From positions 337,231 through 401,230 of the forward strand of contig BDGG01000019.1 in NCBI GenBank assembly GCA_001949185.1: DNA of 64,000 bases, in the 5' to 3' direction. The notes below the pieces were generated by a model. The model was given only the letters and a program-made list of their open reading frames with translations. It was not told the origin of the DNA and did not search any database. Below, in pieces: positions 1-12,700 of this stretch. How positions within the stretch are numbered: the stretch's first letter is position 1; every line of letters starts with the position of its first letter. The stretch is from Ramazzottius varieornatus. Taxonomy: Eukaryota; Animalia; Tardigrada. Made by a program: the position numbers and the translations under genes.

Positions 1-2439
1 GTAATCCCCCACGCTCTCAGATATCTGCCAGTCACTGAAACCATTACTTATCCACGCTTCTTGACATCTGATCTGACTAATCTTGTAAAGTCAATTTCTT
101 CCGCACAAAATCGCTTTTTGCGCTCAGATCTGTTACCTCTTTCACACACCTGCGTACATTTCCACCGCTTATCTCACTTGGGTCGCGGTATGCTGGCTCT
201 TGAAAAGACGTCTGAAGATTCTTCGTTCACTTGTTTTGCAGCGTTCGTCCTCGATACAAGGCCTGTCGGAAGCTTCAGTCTCCTTTGAGAAAGCCACGGG
301 GATCTTCCAGTTCGTGGCTTCCAGTTTTAATAACGCACCAAGCACCGATCTGCGAGCGGAAACCCTCAGCATGCTCGGCTCTCTAATGCTGGTACGGTAA
401 TATCCGGTGGTTTTCAAACTTTTCTGAAGTTTATTGTTTGTCGTGCTACTCTTTCCGCGTCGTTTGACTGACGGGTGGCACTGACATTGCTCGTAGAGGG
501 TTCTCCATAATTTACGCTCTGTTTGACATACAAGTATTTCGAACTGTCGTTTTGCTTCGCAGGCGCAGAGTCAGGAATGCGTTTATGAACTGTCATTACT
601 TTCCGATACATCAGACCACCTGCTACACTCCCAAGAGGCTGCTCAGGTAAGTCAAACAACTCGATCCAGCCCACAAGCTATCCTCGTAACTGAAAACACA
701 ATGATGACCCACTGTGACATTCCACACTGGGACCTAGACCAGCAAGCTACGACAGATTGTATCTAGGTGGCGCAGGGTTTCAGCCGGCAACGCGGGGAAC
801 GCACGCCACTTCTAGAAGTAATCTTGTCGCGTTTGTTTGCCGGGCTCCTGATTTTCGGAAATTCATTCTTCCGGACGAATTCGATTCATTTTGTTCCAAC
901 TAGAGTGTACAGGCCTAGGTCATCGCTCGCCTCGCAGAACAAAGTTTGAAGTTAAACTCCCGTTTCAGGTTTCGAAAAGCTTCCTTGCCGTGCACGACAA
1001 CGTTTCTTCGTCCATCGTAAAGAAGGACGTTCCCTACCCTTGGATTTCGTTAGTTTTGGTCAAAGTTCAGTTTTACAAGGCCACTTCGCACTACCACCTC
1101 GGCCTAGCCGTCATCGAATCTGAAAGTGAGTGGTGGAACTCTACTACAGGTTTAGTCGTACGAATAAAAGTAACATCTCGCCGTCACTCTTTCGTTTCAG
1201 CGAGCAAAGACGACCTGCAGAAATGTCTGGAACCCACTTCACCCGACAGCGTCATATCCAGTGGCTCCGAAGGCCTATCCCGACGAAGCATAGGTAAGCA
1301 GTTGATATCTTTCGCTGCCCCGATCTGGAAACAATCGTAGTAACTGGTATTATCTCTTCCCTCAACAGCACGCAGTCACGTACGACAAGCGACCCTTCTT
1401 CTGGAAGAATGCATTCGAATCCACCGGATGTGCCGTCTGCTAAGGAAGGTCGACACGCTATTGACAGTACTAACCAAAGCCCATGACAAGTATAACCCTC
1501 TCCCGCACGTCCAAACCTTTACTTTCTGCCTTTAGAATGATTAGTGGAAGTGTCCTTACAGATTAACATGTAATTTGTTTGCTATTTCCAGAAGCCTTAG
1601 TTTGTATCAGAGACTGGAAGAGGAAGACAATTTCGAGTCGGTCAGCCGACCAGCCAACGTTATTCGTAAGTACAGCAGTCGATGTATTTCGTGATCGTCG
1701 CTGTTCAGACTTCCTTGATCTTAATCATGCAGTAACAATGTGATTCTCGTGCAGCCAAGACACGCAAAGTAGCCAAAAGCATCCCACCGGATTTGGCTCG
1801 CTTCAAAATAAAGGATTCTTTCCACCAACTGGTACGCTAAGCAATCAGTGGAAAATATTATTCCAAATAATCTGGGCCTCGTGATTTCATTATTCGTTTG
1901 GGTTCACAGGGTCCGCTGAATGTATTCAATGCTTCTACTGAGCTGTCGAAGCCTAGAGTCGTTCATTTGAAGAAGGACCCGAATGCTCCAGTGTCTTTCG
2001 GCTTCAGTGTGCGGGGCAGCTCGCCGGTGTCAGTTACCGATGTGGAACTCAACAGCATAGCTGAGGTAAGTCCCAAAACAACGCTTATTGTTGCATTGAG
2101 TATACTTCTGCCGAAAGTGAGTATGGGTGGGTTACCATTGCAGAAAGCTGGATTGAGAAAGGGAGACTACATCGTGGGGCTGAATGAAGAAAACGTGCGG
2201 TGGGAGCTGCATGAGAACGTGGTGCAACGGATGAAGGACGCCGGAAGCGAAATGACACTGATGGTCGTGACACCTTCTGCTCTACTAACGGTAAGTTCTT
2301 TGTTCTTCCTTCTGCTTTTTCATCAACTTTTGTCGGAAGAAACTGGAAAGTGACCTTGGCTGTCGCTCTGTTGTAGAACGGGACGGAACCTGTCAAGGAA
2401 GCAGTTAAAACGAACGGCCACAAGAAAGGGAAGAACTAA
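1..2439 (+). CDS. RHPN: Rhophilin (BRO1 + PDZ), multi-exon, 5' part lies outside the window
   Basis: BRO1-type segments (FEKATGIFQFVASSFNNAPSTDLRAETLSML; VPYPWISLVLVKVQFYKATSHYH; EECIRIHRMCRLLRK), followed by FHQLGPLNVFNA and a PDZ domain (FGFSVRGSSPV...AGLRKGDYIVGLN); GT-AG introns; stop TAA at 2437-2439. Confidence 0.85.
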
Positions 2440-2794
2440 GTCAGACTGTTGAAAGAGCGCCTTTTCTCTCCGAGATTAGAAATTGACCAGGAAGTGAAAT
2501 GTGATATTAGGTTTGTCCAAGTTTAAAATTTTATCTTGACACGTTCGAAGCCTTCAGCTTTAGCGCTCACTACTTTTTGTGTTAGGATAGAATCTCTTGT
2601 CGACGAGTTGGATCTGCCTTTTGAGTTTACAAGTGCGCTATTTTACGTCATGTTTTTCGCTTCGTCTACCTAAAGTTTGCACCTTCTGACAAAAAAGCAG
2701 AGTTTCCGATAAGGAAGGTGATCTTTCGCAGTTTTATTTTCGTTCTTTCAGAAGTCAATTCGAAGACAGGCTAAAAACATTCAAACAGAAGACT

Positions 2795-4654
2795 TTAATC
2801 AAAAAGTCCGCCACCGAACAAATCTCCTTCATCGTCAGACTCTTCTTTCTTTTCCTCCTTAGCCGGGGCAGCAGCCTTGGCGTCCTTGCCAGCGGCTGCA
2901 GCAGCAGCTGGAGCGGCCTTAGGAGTCGAAGCAGCCTGTGCAGCAGCGAACGCAGCTGGATCTTTAAGGATGGCCAGCATCTACAACGAAAAATACCCAC
3001 TGTTCAGTCACCAAACCGGGATTGACAGCAAAACTGAGAGTCGGAGAGTTACCCTACTCGTTCGGTTCGCGAGCTAAACATGCCTTTTCTACGGAAAACC
3101 TAACAATACCGTGCAGGGCGCCAACCTGTTCGAGCTTTTCGTACAGCAAAGGCCAGAGGGAGCTCGACAGGACTGGTTTTCCAAGTGGCGCATGCTTTCG
3201 ATGTTTTCAGCCGAAAGCGTGCGCCACTTGGAAGATAGGACACGTCGAACTTTATTGTCAAGCTCGGAAACTTCAACTCGCGAGCTGAACTAGAATTAAC
3301 TAAACAAACTCTTTAGCTTCGAAAAAAATCTCAAAGGTACCTTCTCAGCTTGCGAGAACGACAAGTCCGTCTCGGCTGCCAAGGCCACCAAGTTCTTGAA
3401 GCCATTAAGGATGGAATGAGGTGCGGACACCTTCGTCGGGTAGCCCATTCCCAAACTCAGTGCGGCGATATGCGAAATTCCCTGAGAACAGAAGCAACGT
3501 GAGATTCAATACTTTCGACCTTGACCAACCGGAAAAACACTACAATTAGAGTGAAACTCACCTCCATGACACGACCGCGCAAGACATCGCTGGTGATGTC
3601 CAGAATGGCTGGTTCGTACAGCGAGCCATTGTCGTAGACTTGACGGATGACCAAGCCGTAGCTGAACGGATAGATCTTCAACATGTTCAGAAGAGTAGCT
3701 TCCGAAGCGCCGACTTTGTCATTCTGCTTGATCAGATGGACTTCCGTCTGCAAAGTGAAACCAGAAATGAGACATTCTAATCGGAAATTCAGAGTTAAAC
3801 ACAGCAACTGTTCCAATACATTCCAGTTTTTTTCGATTATGTTGTCACGTAAAGCAATATGGGGATGATCTGGCTGGGTAATTTAAGATCAACCAAAAAA
3901 TAATTACCAAAATTTCGATTGTTCCCTTTGCAATCTTGGTGGGAATTTGAAGTGCCTGGAAGAAAGAAGTCTTCTCCGGACCCAAACCGGTGTTTTGTGG
4001 CTGGACCTTGACATCAATCGGAGCAATAGCCCCAGCTTTGGCTGGAGCAGCAACCTGGAAAGCAGAAAGCACTGTCAAGCAAAGCAAAACCAGGACGAAG
4101 AACAGGTGACGCCACGGAAAGAACCGTTTTCTTACCTTGTTTTGCGTCAGTAGGTTGCGAACTTCCGACAAGTCACTCTTGGCAAAAACGAAGGCGATGT
4201 TCTCCTTGATGTGCGGAAGAAGCCTAAAGAATGAGAGGTCGAGTTAGACGGACGGTCTGCATATCCAACACCCACCGGAAGTGCAGGACGGTAATCAATC
4301 AACAAACAGGCAAATGCTGCATGCTGTACTGAATTCGGACAGAATCTCTCTGTGCGTTTCCTTCTAACCTTCTTCACACACTCAACCTGGAAAGCGAATA
4401 GCGTGAGTAGTTGAAATCACTCACTTTTCCAGTTGAGGGTTCTTTTCAAGCTGCGCACGAAGCGCTTTGCGGATCATGGTGTTCTTTCCATTAAGGACTA
4501 CGGCATGTCCTCGCAGAGAGATCCGGATCTGCTGCATCTGCTTTGATCCGACATTGTCGACCCCCACGATGAAGGCTTTAGGGTACTCGTCGAAGAGTTC
4601 ACCGAGCTTAATGAAGTAGGAGGCTTTCCAGGCAGTGCGGTCTTCCCGAACCAT
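2795..4654 (-). CDS. RPLP0: 60S acidic ribosomal protein P0 (uL10), multi-exon
   Basis: [14 protein letters not shown]...[20 protein letters not shown]; [10 protein letters not shown]...[15 protein letters not shown]; Ala-rich hinge and acidic tail [16 protein letters not shown]. Confidence 0.98.
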
Positions 4655-5411
4655 CTTTGTGGCTCAGGATGCAGCAGAGGTTTAAAGACCTGCAAAGCAG
4701 AAAACAGTCAGCGATAGAGCTCCTTCGCACTTCAGTTCGCCAGAATACACCGATGTATTTACCGAACGCGGTTAGCCGCGAAGAGGTGGAATCTTGAAGG
4801 GGAAGAAGAGAGAAATCAAACGGTCCAGAAGGATGTAAACCTGCAATGAAGACCTGCAATGAAGTCGTAGAGTCTTCCAGCTGGCGACGGCTTGAAAAGC
4901 CGATTATGGAGGGTCCAACGGTTCTTTACCACCCTGTGTAATAGAACGCCCCGTCGCATCTTTCTGTGGTATCTGTTTTAGATATAGAGGGTACGCATCG
5001 AACAAGTCAACGTGCACATGTTGATTGGTGCAATCGACCAGTAACAAGGCGTGCGCACAAATTTTCACTGGTGCAGGCTGTGTGCACCCATGTCTGTCTC
5101 GCACTTCAAGCCGGTGGATGACAGAGCTAGCACGCTTTCAACTGGTCCAGGTTGGGGATTCAGTAGAAACGTGGCGCTTGTCGTAAACTGTTATCGCACT
5201 TCATGCGCGACGTCACACCTTGAGGCGATGTTCGATTGCGTGCGCCATCGTCGAGCAAACAGAAGCTCTTCCAAGCGCTCACAAAAGGTCAAATTCTGCT
5301 TTACTAGTGGAGAAACCTTGTGGAACTTGTTTGTAGGTCTGTCCCTGTTGGAAGAAGTCAAGAAAAGCGGCTGAGGAGGGAGGAAAGGGGAAGATATCGG
5401 GGTGTGCAGGG

Positions 5412-7700
5412 ATGGCGCGCACAACCCAACGAGTAGCCAAAAGTGCGCAGCCTGCATCGGAGTCTGGCGAAAGCGAATCCGCCACCAATGTTGCTGAACA
5501 GCCGGAAGAACAACACGAAGAAGAAGATGCCGGCGCTTCTGTGGGGAATTTTACTCGAGGAGCACCTACGGGACATTTGACGGAAGACATCCGACTGGCC
5601 ATCATCGCCAAGCACGAAGCCGAGCCCGATCTCAGTCAGGGGCAACTGACAAAGTGGCTGGAGGATGAGTACAATATTCGGGTTAATCGCACAACCATTG
5701 GACGTACGCTTTCTCGAGCGGAAGGTAGGACTGTTCGACCTCCCCGTCCTGAAGGCGGCCTCAAAACTGCCAAGGAGCTGGACCAAGATGTCTACAATTG
5801 GTATTTGGAGAGAGCAAAAGCCATGGACACGACGACATCGCTGGAAAACGATGTAAGCCTTGCTTCTCTGCAGAATTTTCACCGACCGACACACCATAGC
5901 CCGTAACGTATACTGGCTATGGGAAGTCTTCGGTGCCACTTCCGTTCGTTTCCAACAGCACTGTGTTTATGGTTGATTGCTCATCTGTTGATCAGTAACT
6001 CTGAAACAGTAGCGTTATGAAACGGCTGGTTACGTTACTCATAGTCAGGGCCGTGCCTGATATTTTATCACCACTAAAGTGCTCACCAAGCTCGTTATTT
6101 CCCCGTGTTTAATATGGTGGTCTGGTGTGCATCGTTGCACAGACTTACCGTTGACCGTTGGCGGTCTTGTTCTTACCTTCTGTCCTATCTTTCAGACTGC
6201 GCCACTTCTGGCATTTGGTGTGAACACCTTCAAAGAGAAGGCCCGAGAGTTAGCAGAGAGCGGCGACTATGAACTTCGCAAGAACATGTACTTCTCGGAC
6301 AAGTGGCTCTCCACGTTCCTTCGCAAGTTCAACCTGCAAGTCACGTCTCTTCCGGTCGACGCAGACGGCGAAGCTGTCCTAACCGACGCCAACGGTACTT
6401 CGCAATGGCATGAGACAAACGTCGAAGGTGTGGAGACCGACGACGAGGACGGGAACGCGAATAACCAGACAGACACTCAAAACAATGACAGCCTCATCAA
6501 GCACGTCCAGCTGACGGACGAGATGCGGGCTGCACTGGTGGAAAAGCGCGTCGCGGAACCGGCGTGGAGTCAACTCCAGCTGGCGAACTGGTAGGTCCTT
6601 CGTGTCGAGAAAAACGTAAAGATGAGCAGAACTAAAACAGAATGGACGACAAGATTAAACAGAAGGGCGGCAGGACTTCTTCCCCAAGTGGTGCACATTC
6701 TCAGTATTTTTGGCTGTCAGCATGCGCCACTTGAACGTTATTGCCCTGATTGGTTTCCAATGATGATAATTTCACTTAATTTCAGGCTGGAGAGTGAGTA
6801 CGGAGTGAAGGTCCACAGGGCGACTATTGGCAGGAACTTGAAGAGACTGTCCACGGACCCTGTGGTCAGGGATGCCAAGAGGCAGTTCTCGGAGAGTAGC
6901 CAGATCTACCCGGAGCTGGAGGGAAGGCTGATCGACTGGTGGATCATCGAAACCAGCCGTGGTGTAAGTTACCTCTTGGATTTCCTCAGGTTATCGAGAC
7001 GGTAGCAATGAAGACCTTGTCTTATAGAGAGTACTCGATGACAAGGATCTGAAGGATAAAATTCGGGAGTTTTACGACGACCCCGACTTGGATCTTCCTG
7101 TGGCTGTCAATGGCGCTCGATATCGCAAGAGTTTCAAGTCTCGCATGATGAGTAAAAGTATGTAAATGGGAAGCTTTTCTTAAGGCCAAAATCCTAAAAG
7201 CAAACCAGATCAAATTCGACAAAAATCAAATTCCAGGAAAAATTTGGTGGTTATGGTTTCAGATGCGAGGACGACGGTAACGAATGACGGCATCCCTCCT
7301 CGTCCAACTCTCACCGAAGTCCACCGAGCTGTCAACGTCGTTCGCACCTTTCTCTTCAACTCAGACTACGGCGGAGACGTGAAGAAGTCCCTGATGGCCG
7401 ATCTGGACTCGATCTACGTCAAGATAAGCGAAGCACAGAAGAAGGTGACGGGCTCCAACAAGATTGCGGCCTCCTCAACTTCCAAACCCTACAAATACAA
7501 GTAAGCCTTACTCCATTTTTCACCTTCCGCGTGATATTCCATGTGTTATGGCCTAAGTGATGGGTGTGCCTTCCCGTTGTAGACCTAAGGAGGATAAACC
7601 TGACAAGCCTCCAGGACCTCGAACTCTCGCACCAAAGGACAGCATCGTGATTCCCACTGGCACGAACCTGTCCACAATCACCTTTACCGTGGCCGAGTAA
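5412..7700 (+). CDS. CENP-B/pogo(Tigger)-derived DNA-binding protein: two HTH modules, no DDE domain seen, multi-exon
   Basis: Two copies of a CENP-B N-terminal-like HTH (LTEDIRLAII...LSQGQLTKWLEDEYNIRVNRTTIGRTL and LTDEMRAALV...WSQLQLANWLESEYGVKVHRATIGRNL), each followed by a Tc5/CENP-B-type HTH (ELDQDVYNWY...FSDKWLSTFLRK; YPELEGRLIDWW). C-terminal PTLTEVHRAVNVVRTFL resembles the CENP-B/Tigger dimerisation helix. Canonical introns; stop at 7698-7700. Confidence 0.75.
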
Positions 7701-8617
7701 GAAGTAGGAAAACCCAATTTTTATGCCTAGTGTCGAACTTCAGTCCTGCTATCGCGTTTAGGCCTCGGATCATTGCTTCGAAGCCCAGCAGCTCGTCGTA
7801 ACTTCGCGCTGTTCCGGACTTGCCGGCTTGACTTTTGGGTTTCTGTTATGGAAGCTCAGAGGCTGTGGTGGGAAAGAGCTAGTGGGATTTTGTTTCCTCG
7901 ACGGTCGTTTTGACCGTTATTATCGTTTTGGCTGTTTCTTTATCCTTAGTAGTATTATTCGATACCTAGTAGATTCCAGTGCTGTTAACGGACATCAGAA
8001 TGTTATGATATGTTTTCAATTTTGAAGCAAGGGGCACAGACATGTGAAGTATCCAGAAGCGACGAAGCGAATGTGGGTTCTCCATGTGCTTTCGGTGCGT
8101 GGTTTACCCAAGCGACCAGTCTTCGGTGTTTTCTGTTGTTCATTAGCAGCACCTGATTCCTTTCACAGTTTTCCTGAATCTCCAAGAACCCGTGATCGGC
8201 GCCGGGAGAACACAGTGGGTGTTGTTATCAGTAGTTGCCTTTACTGGCTGGTGAAGAACTTTGCAATCTTACTCTCAATTTGTATGCTGATGACTCGCAC
8301 GATGGAAAGCCTGCGCGATGAACGATATAAGAGCATCCTCCAGGCGCTTTGAATATCAGCGGTTCCTTTCCTCGCTGAGTGTGCAGGGAACTGCAACGAC
8401 CATATCTTCGACTTTCGCAGGTCGATGACAGTATGTCCAGCTATCAGATCTTAATAAAGAATAAAGTCCGGATAATGAACCTTTCTTTGTTATCTTATCG
8501 TCTCCATAAGTTGGAAACTATTTGCCTTCGCTATGCGGAACATCTACTGTGGTATCATGACTGGTATCTGGAAGCTCATACAGGAAAATTTCCCTTCCAG
8601 CCACCGTGGCTATAGCC

Positions 8618-9175
8618 ATGTCCGGATCCGCAGAACGAGACTACCGAAAAACCTTCGTGCCAGTCAAACCAGGGGAGAGAACACCAAAGATGGTCCGAAA
8701 CACCACCGACTACCAGGTTCTTCTTAGAACAATCTGGGCGGAAGCGCGTGGCGAACCCGCTGATGGACAACTGGCCGTGGCGCACGTTATCTGGACTCGA
8801 GCTCGGTCAAATCTGGAATACTGGGGAGGCAATACCATTGCGGGAGTGTGCCTCAAGAAATACCAGTTTGAATGCTGGAACGAAGCTTGCAACATTGACG
8901 ACATCAACATGATTGGTAGCCCGGAAGGTATTCTGGCCAAGGAAGCCATTGAAAACTGGTTGGACAATTTCAAGAACTTTCGGGATCCAGTCAAGCTAGG
9001 TATGGATCCAAAAAACCCTCTGAGAGACTCGTATGCCGATCACTACAACAACCCCACCTTGGAAAATAATCCGGTACCGAAGTGGGTAGGAAACTGCTAT
9101 GAATTGTGCAAGATAGAAAATCATCAATTCTACGTGTCGAAGGATCGCTGGAACGTCACGCCATCGGAACCTTAG
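8618..9175 (+). CDS. SleB/CwlJ-family (Hydrolase_2) cell-wall hydrolase of bacterial/phage type, intronless CDS
   Basis: LLRTIWAEARGE (catalytic Glu motif)...GQLAVAHVIWTR...WGGNTIAGVCLKKYQFECWN...ADHYNNP...PKW...IENHQFY; ATG in gccATG context at 8618. Confidence 0.9.
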   Translation: MSGSAERDYRKTFVPVKPGERTPKMVRNTTDYQVLLRTIWAEARGEPADGQLAVAHVIWTRARSNLEYWGGNTIAGVCLKKYQFECWNEACNIDDINMIGSPEGILAKEAIENWLDNFKNFRDPVKLGMDPKNPLRDSYADHYNNPTLENNPVPKWVGNCYELCKIENHQFYVSKDRWNVTPSEP

Positions 9176-9764
9176 TTCCCCCACTACGAGTAGTTCTACC
9201 TCCCAGCTTCACATTTAATGCTGTTCTCCAGTAAGTGGTACTGTGCTTGACAACTGGGACGTGGACAAATGAGTTCACCCAGTCCGTTTCCTCAGGTGGC
9301 GCACTCTCTCAGCCACCAACAATGAAAACGTGCGCCACTTGCAATGACAATCGGAGGAAAATCATTTGCCGACGTCCCAACTGTGTTTTCCGCTGTGACG
9401 CTGGTATCTGTGCCATCTTTGGTGTTCCTGACTTTCGGTATTCTTTGCAACAACCCGTACAAAACCACGATTTACCGAAAGACAAGAGATGGTGCAATAA
9501 TCATACCAGACGACGAAAATAGTAGTACACAACTGGTAAAGCTTGCGTGGATCCTGGCAGGAATTAAAATCATCTGGGCTTCCAACAAAACCTCCGTTAA
9601 ACCACAATCAAATCTTCTCTTTAAAAGGAGCAATTCTTGCATCTGAAGAAAAATGTACATAGAAAAAACAACGTAAACAAAAATCAAAACACCATGAGGG
9701 AGGAGAAATACTGCTGGTCGAATATTCGCTAAAGACCGATAATCTAAGACGAATATTCTTGTGG

Positions 9765-12700
9765 TCATTTCTGCGCTGCTGCATGAACTGGATGACTCAG
9801 ACAGACATTCATGCCGGGATTGTGTGCTTTGAGCGAGACGGTAGCGTAGTGGTCGATCAAACTCTTCAAGGTTGGAAAGTCCGTCGAAGCTGCGCCGAAG
9901 CCAAAGGCATTGGCTTCCTGGTTGATCAGACAGTGCCCAACTTTGCCGTTCTCCCTGCAACAGAATAGAAATCTTCAACCCACCTTCCCAACACGTTTGA
10001 ATTTCATCATTTGCCACAACAAGTCACAATCGACGGGCAGGATGTGAGATCTACTAACATCTCGAACCTGCATACACCTCTGCATCGTGAAAACAAGCAG
10101 TCCATGTACGAAGGTTCGTGAAGCACTTTCAAACGACCCTTTTCGTGGTGGAAAAATTTGGAAAATCAGAAAGACGGTCTGGTAACTTACACAACAACAG
10201 ACAAGGCATGTGTCTGTCCGCTGACGCCTTCCGTCCGTTTCCGAACCAGGAAAGTTCCGGGTTCTCTTCCATTAAGCAGCTTCTCCGCTTCTTCACGGGT
10301 AGCTTTGGGAATGTACCACTGAGACTCTTCCACAGCTGTGGCGAACACCGCCGAAGGATTCGGCTCTTCCGTGATGGTCTCTGATATCGGAATGGCCTTC
10401 ATCGATAACCTACAAGAAGCTTCCGGATGAACATCGATTCTTCACAGTTACGGAATTAACATGTGTTCACTCATACCTTTCAATGCCTTTTCCTGAACCA
10501 ACTTGCGCCGTATCCTCCATGAGCTTATCCAACTGTTCGGAGGTGACTCCATTAGCCGTGAGCACCCTAAAAATATCGCAATCACAGCTATTCAACCAGA
10601 AATCAAACTAGAACGATGTCTGCACCTTCACTTCCGGCTCGCTTCTACGACCGAAACAAAGAAAGCATACTTTCTTACTTGATCAGATCAGCTCGAACGA
10701 TGAAGAGATGCGTTATCCTCGGCTTAATGTTGTCCAAATCCAGTTCCCTCGCTCTTAACGTCTAGAAGAAAATATATACAGATTAGAACAAGAGTGACTG
10801 AAAAATTGGGAGTTCGGAAACTACTCGATAAGACTGCTTTCCCAAGTGGCGCATGTCTTCAGTGATATTAGCTGAAAGAGAGCGTCGCTTGATAAAACGA
10901 CCTGTGGAAATTGTCTTCTCAAGTGGCGCATATTTTCGCTGCTACTGGATGATAGACTGCGCCACTCGGAGAAACGATCTCGTCGAATTTGTATGCGGAA
11001 CTTCCAAAAATTGATCTTGCGTATTATCTTGAATTTATTGTACCTGTGCGTGGTGATTCAAGTCCAGCTGAAGTTTCGCTCTACTGCTGACTATACTATC
11101 CAGTCTAGCTTTGAGCAAGCTGTAATTGAGCTTCACCGCATCCGTCTCACTCGGCTTAGCTTCGCGATGGAACTTCTCATGAATCTTGATCTGTTCTTCG
11201 AACATGAGGACGGCAGCGTCGAACGCTTCCATGGCTTGCTTGAGCATGGTCACGTCCTGACTGGCGCGGTTGACTTCGGCAATGAGCTTGTCATGGATGG
11301 TGCTCCACATGCTGTACTCGGTGTTGGCCTCCAGCGCCTGTTGGATCAGCTTCTCCTTGTCGTTGGGATCAATTACGTTCTGTCAAAAAGCGCAAAGAGC
11401 CATGTTAGTTACAGAATCACGGCGGACTTCGGTTATAATTAACGCGGTCAAGCATGACCACGGAGAACCCTGAAAACCCTTCGGGCCGATCGTAGCTTGA
11501 TTACATGAAATTAGCCGCATCTGATGGCCGAAAAACGCAACGTCGACCCAAATAAGTGTCAACGTCGGATCGATTTCTCATCGATTTATTTTCTAGTCTA
11601 GCTTTCTTGATCTAATTTCAGAAAATTATTCGACGATTGGGACGTTGGCAAATGAACACAACACGACCGCCCCTTAAGTGGCGCACTTTTGCGGTGATAC
11701 TGGCTGGAAGTGTGCGCCACATGAGAAAGAATCGCCACCAACTCATCTGCCGATATCCCACATTAGCTTTGATTGTTACAAATGTCATTCCTACTAAATG
11801 TCATCCCTACTTCTCGTTCGAGTTTTGTGGACTGACATCGTTCGAGAGCGAGAGAACCCCATAGAGATTCCACAGCGATCGGCCTGACCATGAACTTGAC
11901 CAAACAAGTATTTCATCGATCGACCACAGTTTACAACCAGCAAACATAGACTCTAAGCTCTTCATACAAGTTTTAATTCCGTCAATCCACAAGTTCGCGA
12001 CCTACTTCACGACTCTCCTTCTCACCTGATGCTTAGACAGTGGGCTGATCAAACACACATCCAGCTGGCGATTGTAGAGAGACAACGAGTTGGTTCTGTG
12101 GTGATCGATGACGGCCTGCAGACTATCCCATTCCAGGGGCTCAGCGAAGCCGTACTTGCCATTTTTCCCCACGATCCTGATCAACTTGTTCGTACCGTCC
12201 TTCCTAAAAACCAGAAACTAGGTCAATATCGCCTTGGCAGGATCACAGAATTCTTTCCTTGTGGCTGGAAAGCTAGCTTGTCCATATTTCACTTACCTGC
12301 ATACACAGACATGCACTCTTAAAACGGCATAAGTGTATGTAGGTGCATGACGTCCCTCACATTTCACGTAGATGTATACACGTCATAAGCACTTCCGTAC
12401 ACTGATGCTGTATGTAGGTTGATAAAACGATTGCGTTTGACTGGCTGAAGGCTCTGGAGGAAACCAGGTCACCGCGGACCCATCAAGGAGCCCTTCCCGT
12501 GTAATGAACGTCCTGGAGGACCTGTTTGCTCAACTAGACAAGGCACTAACCTCAATGTTAGGGTATAATCGCTCTCCTTTCCACTTGACGAAGCACGAAC
12601 GAGAAAGGTTCCCTCCGGCTGGTCTTTTAAGGCTGCTGCGGCTTCATCCCTTGAGACAGCGCCCCAATACCACTCGCACTCGTCAAGGTTCCTGGGTGAC

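Noticed and set aside
700-766. Box C/D snoRNA candidates (ATGATGA at about 701 and about 60976); RPLP0 introns also inspected
   Set aside because: No suitably placed box D with a terminal stem was found; a covariance-model search would be needed.
8618-9175. Bacterial contamination as the explanation for the hydrolase
   Set aside because: A single gene flanked by host genes and a host family A repeat, with no operon or other bacterial sequence; misassembly still needs a read-level check.
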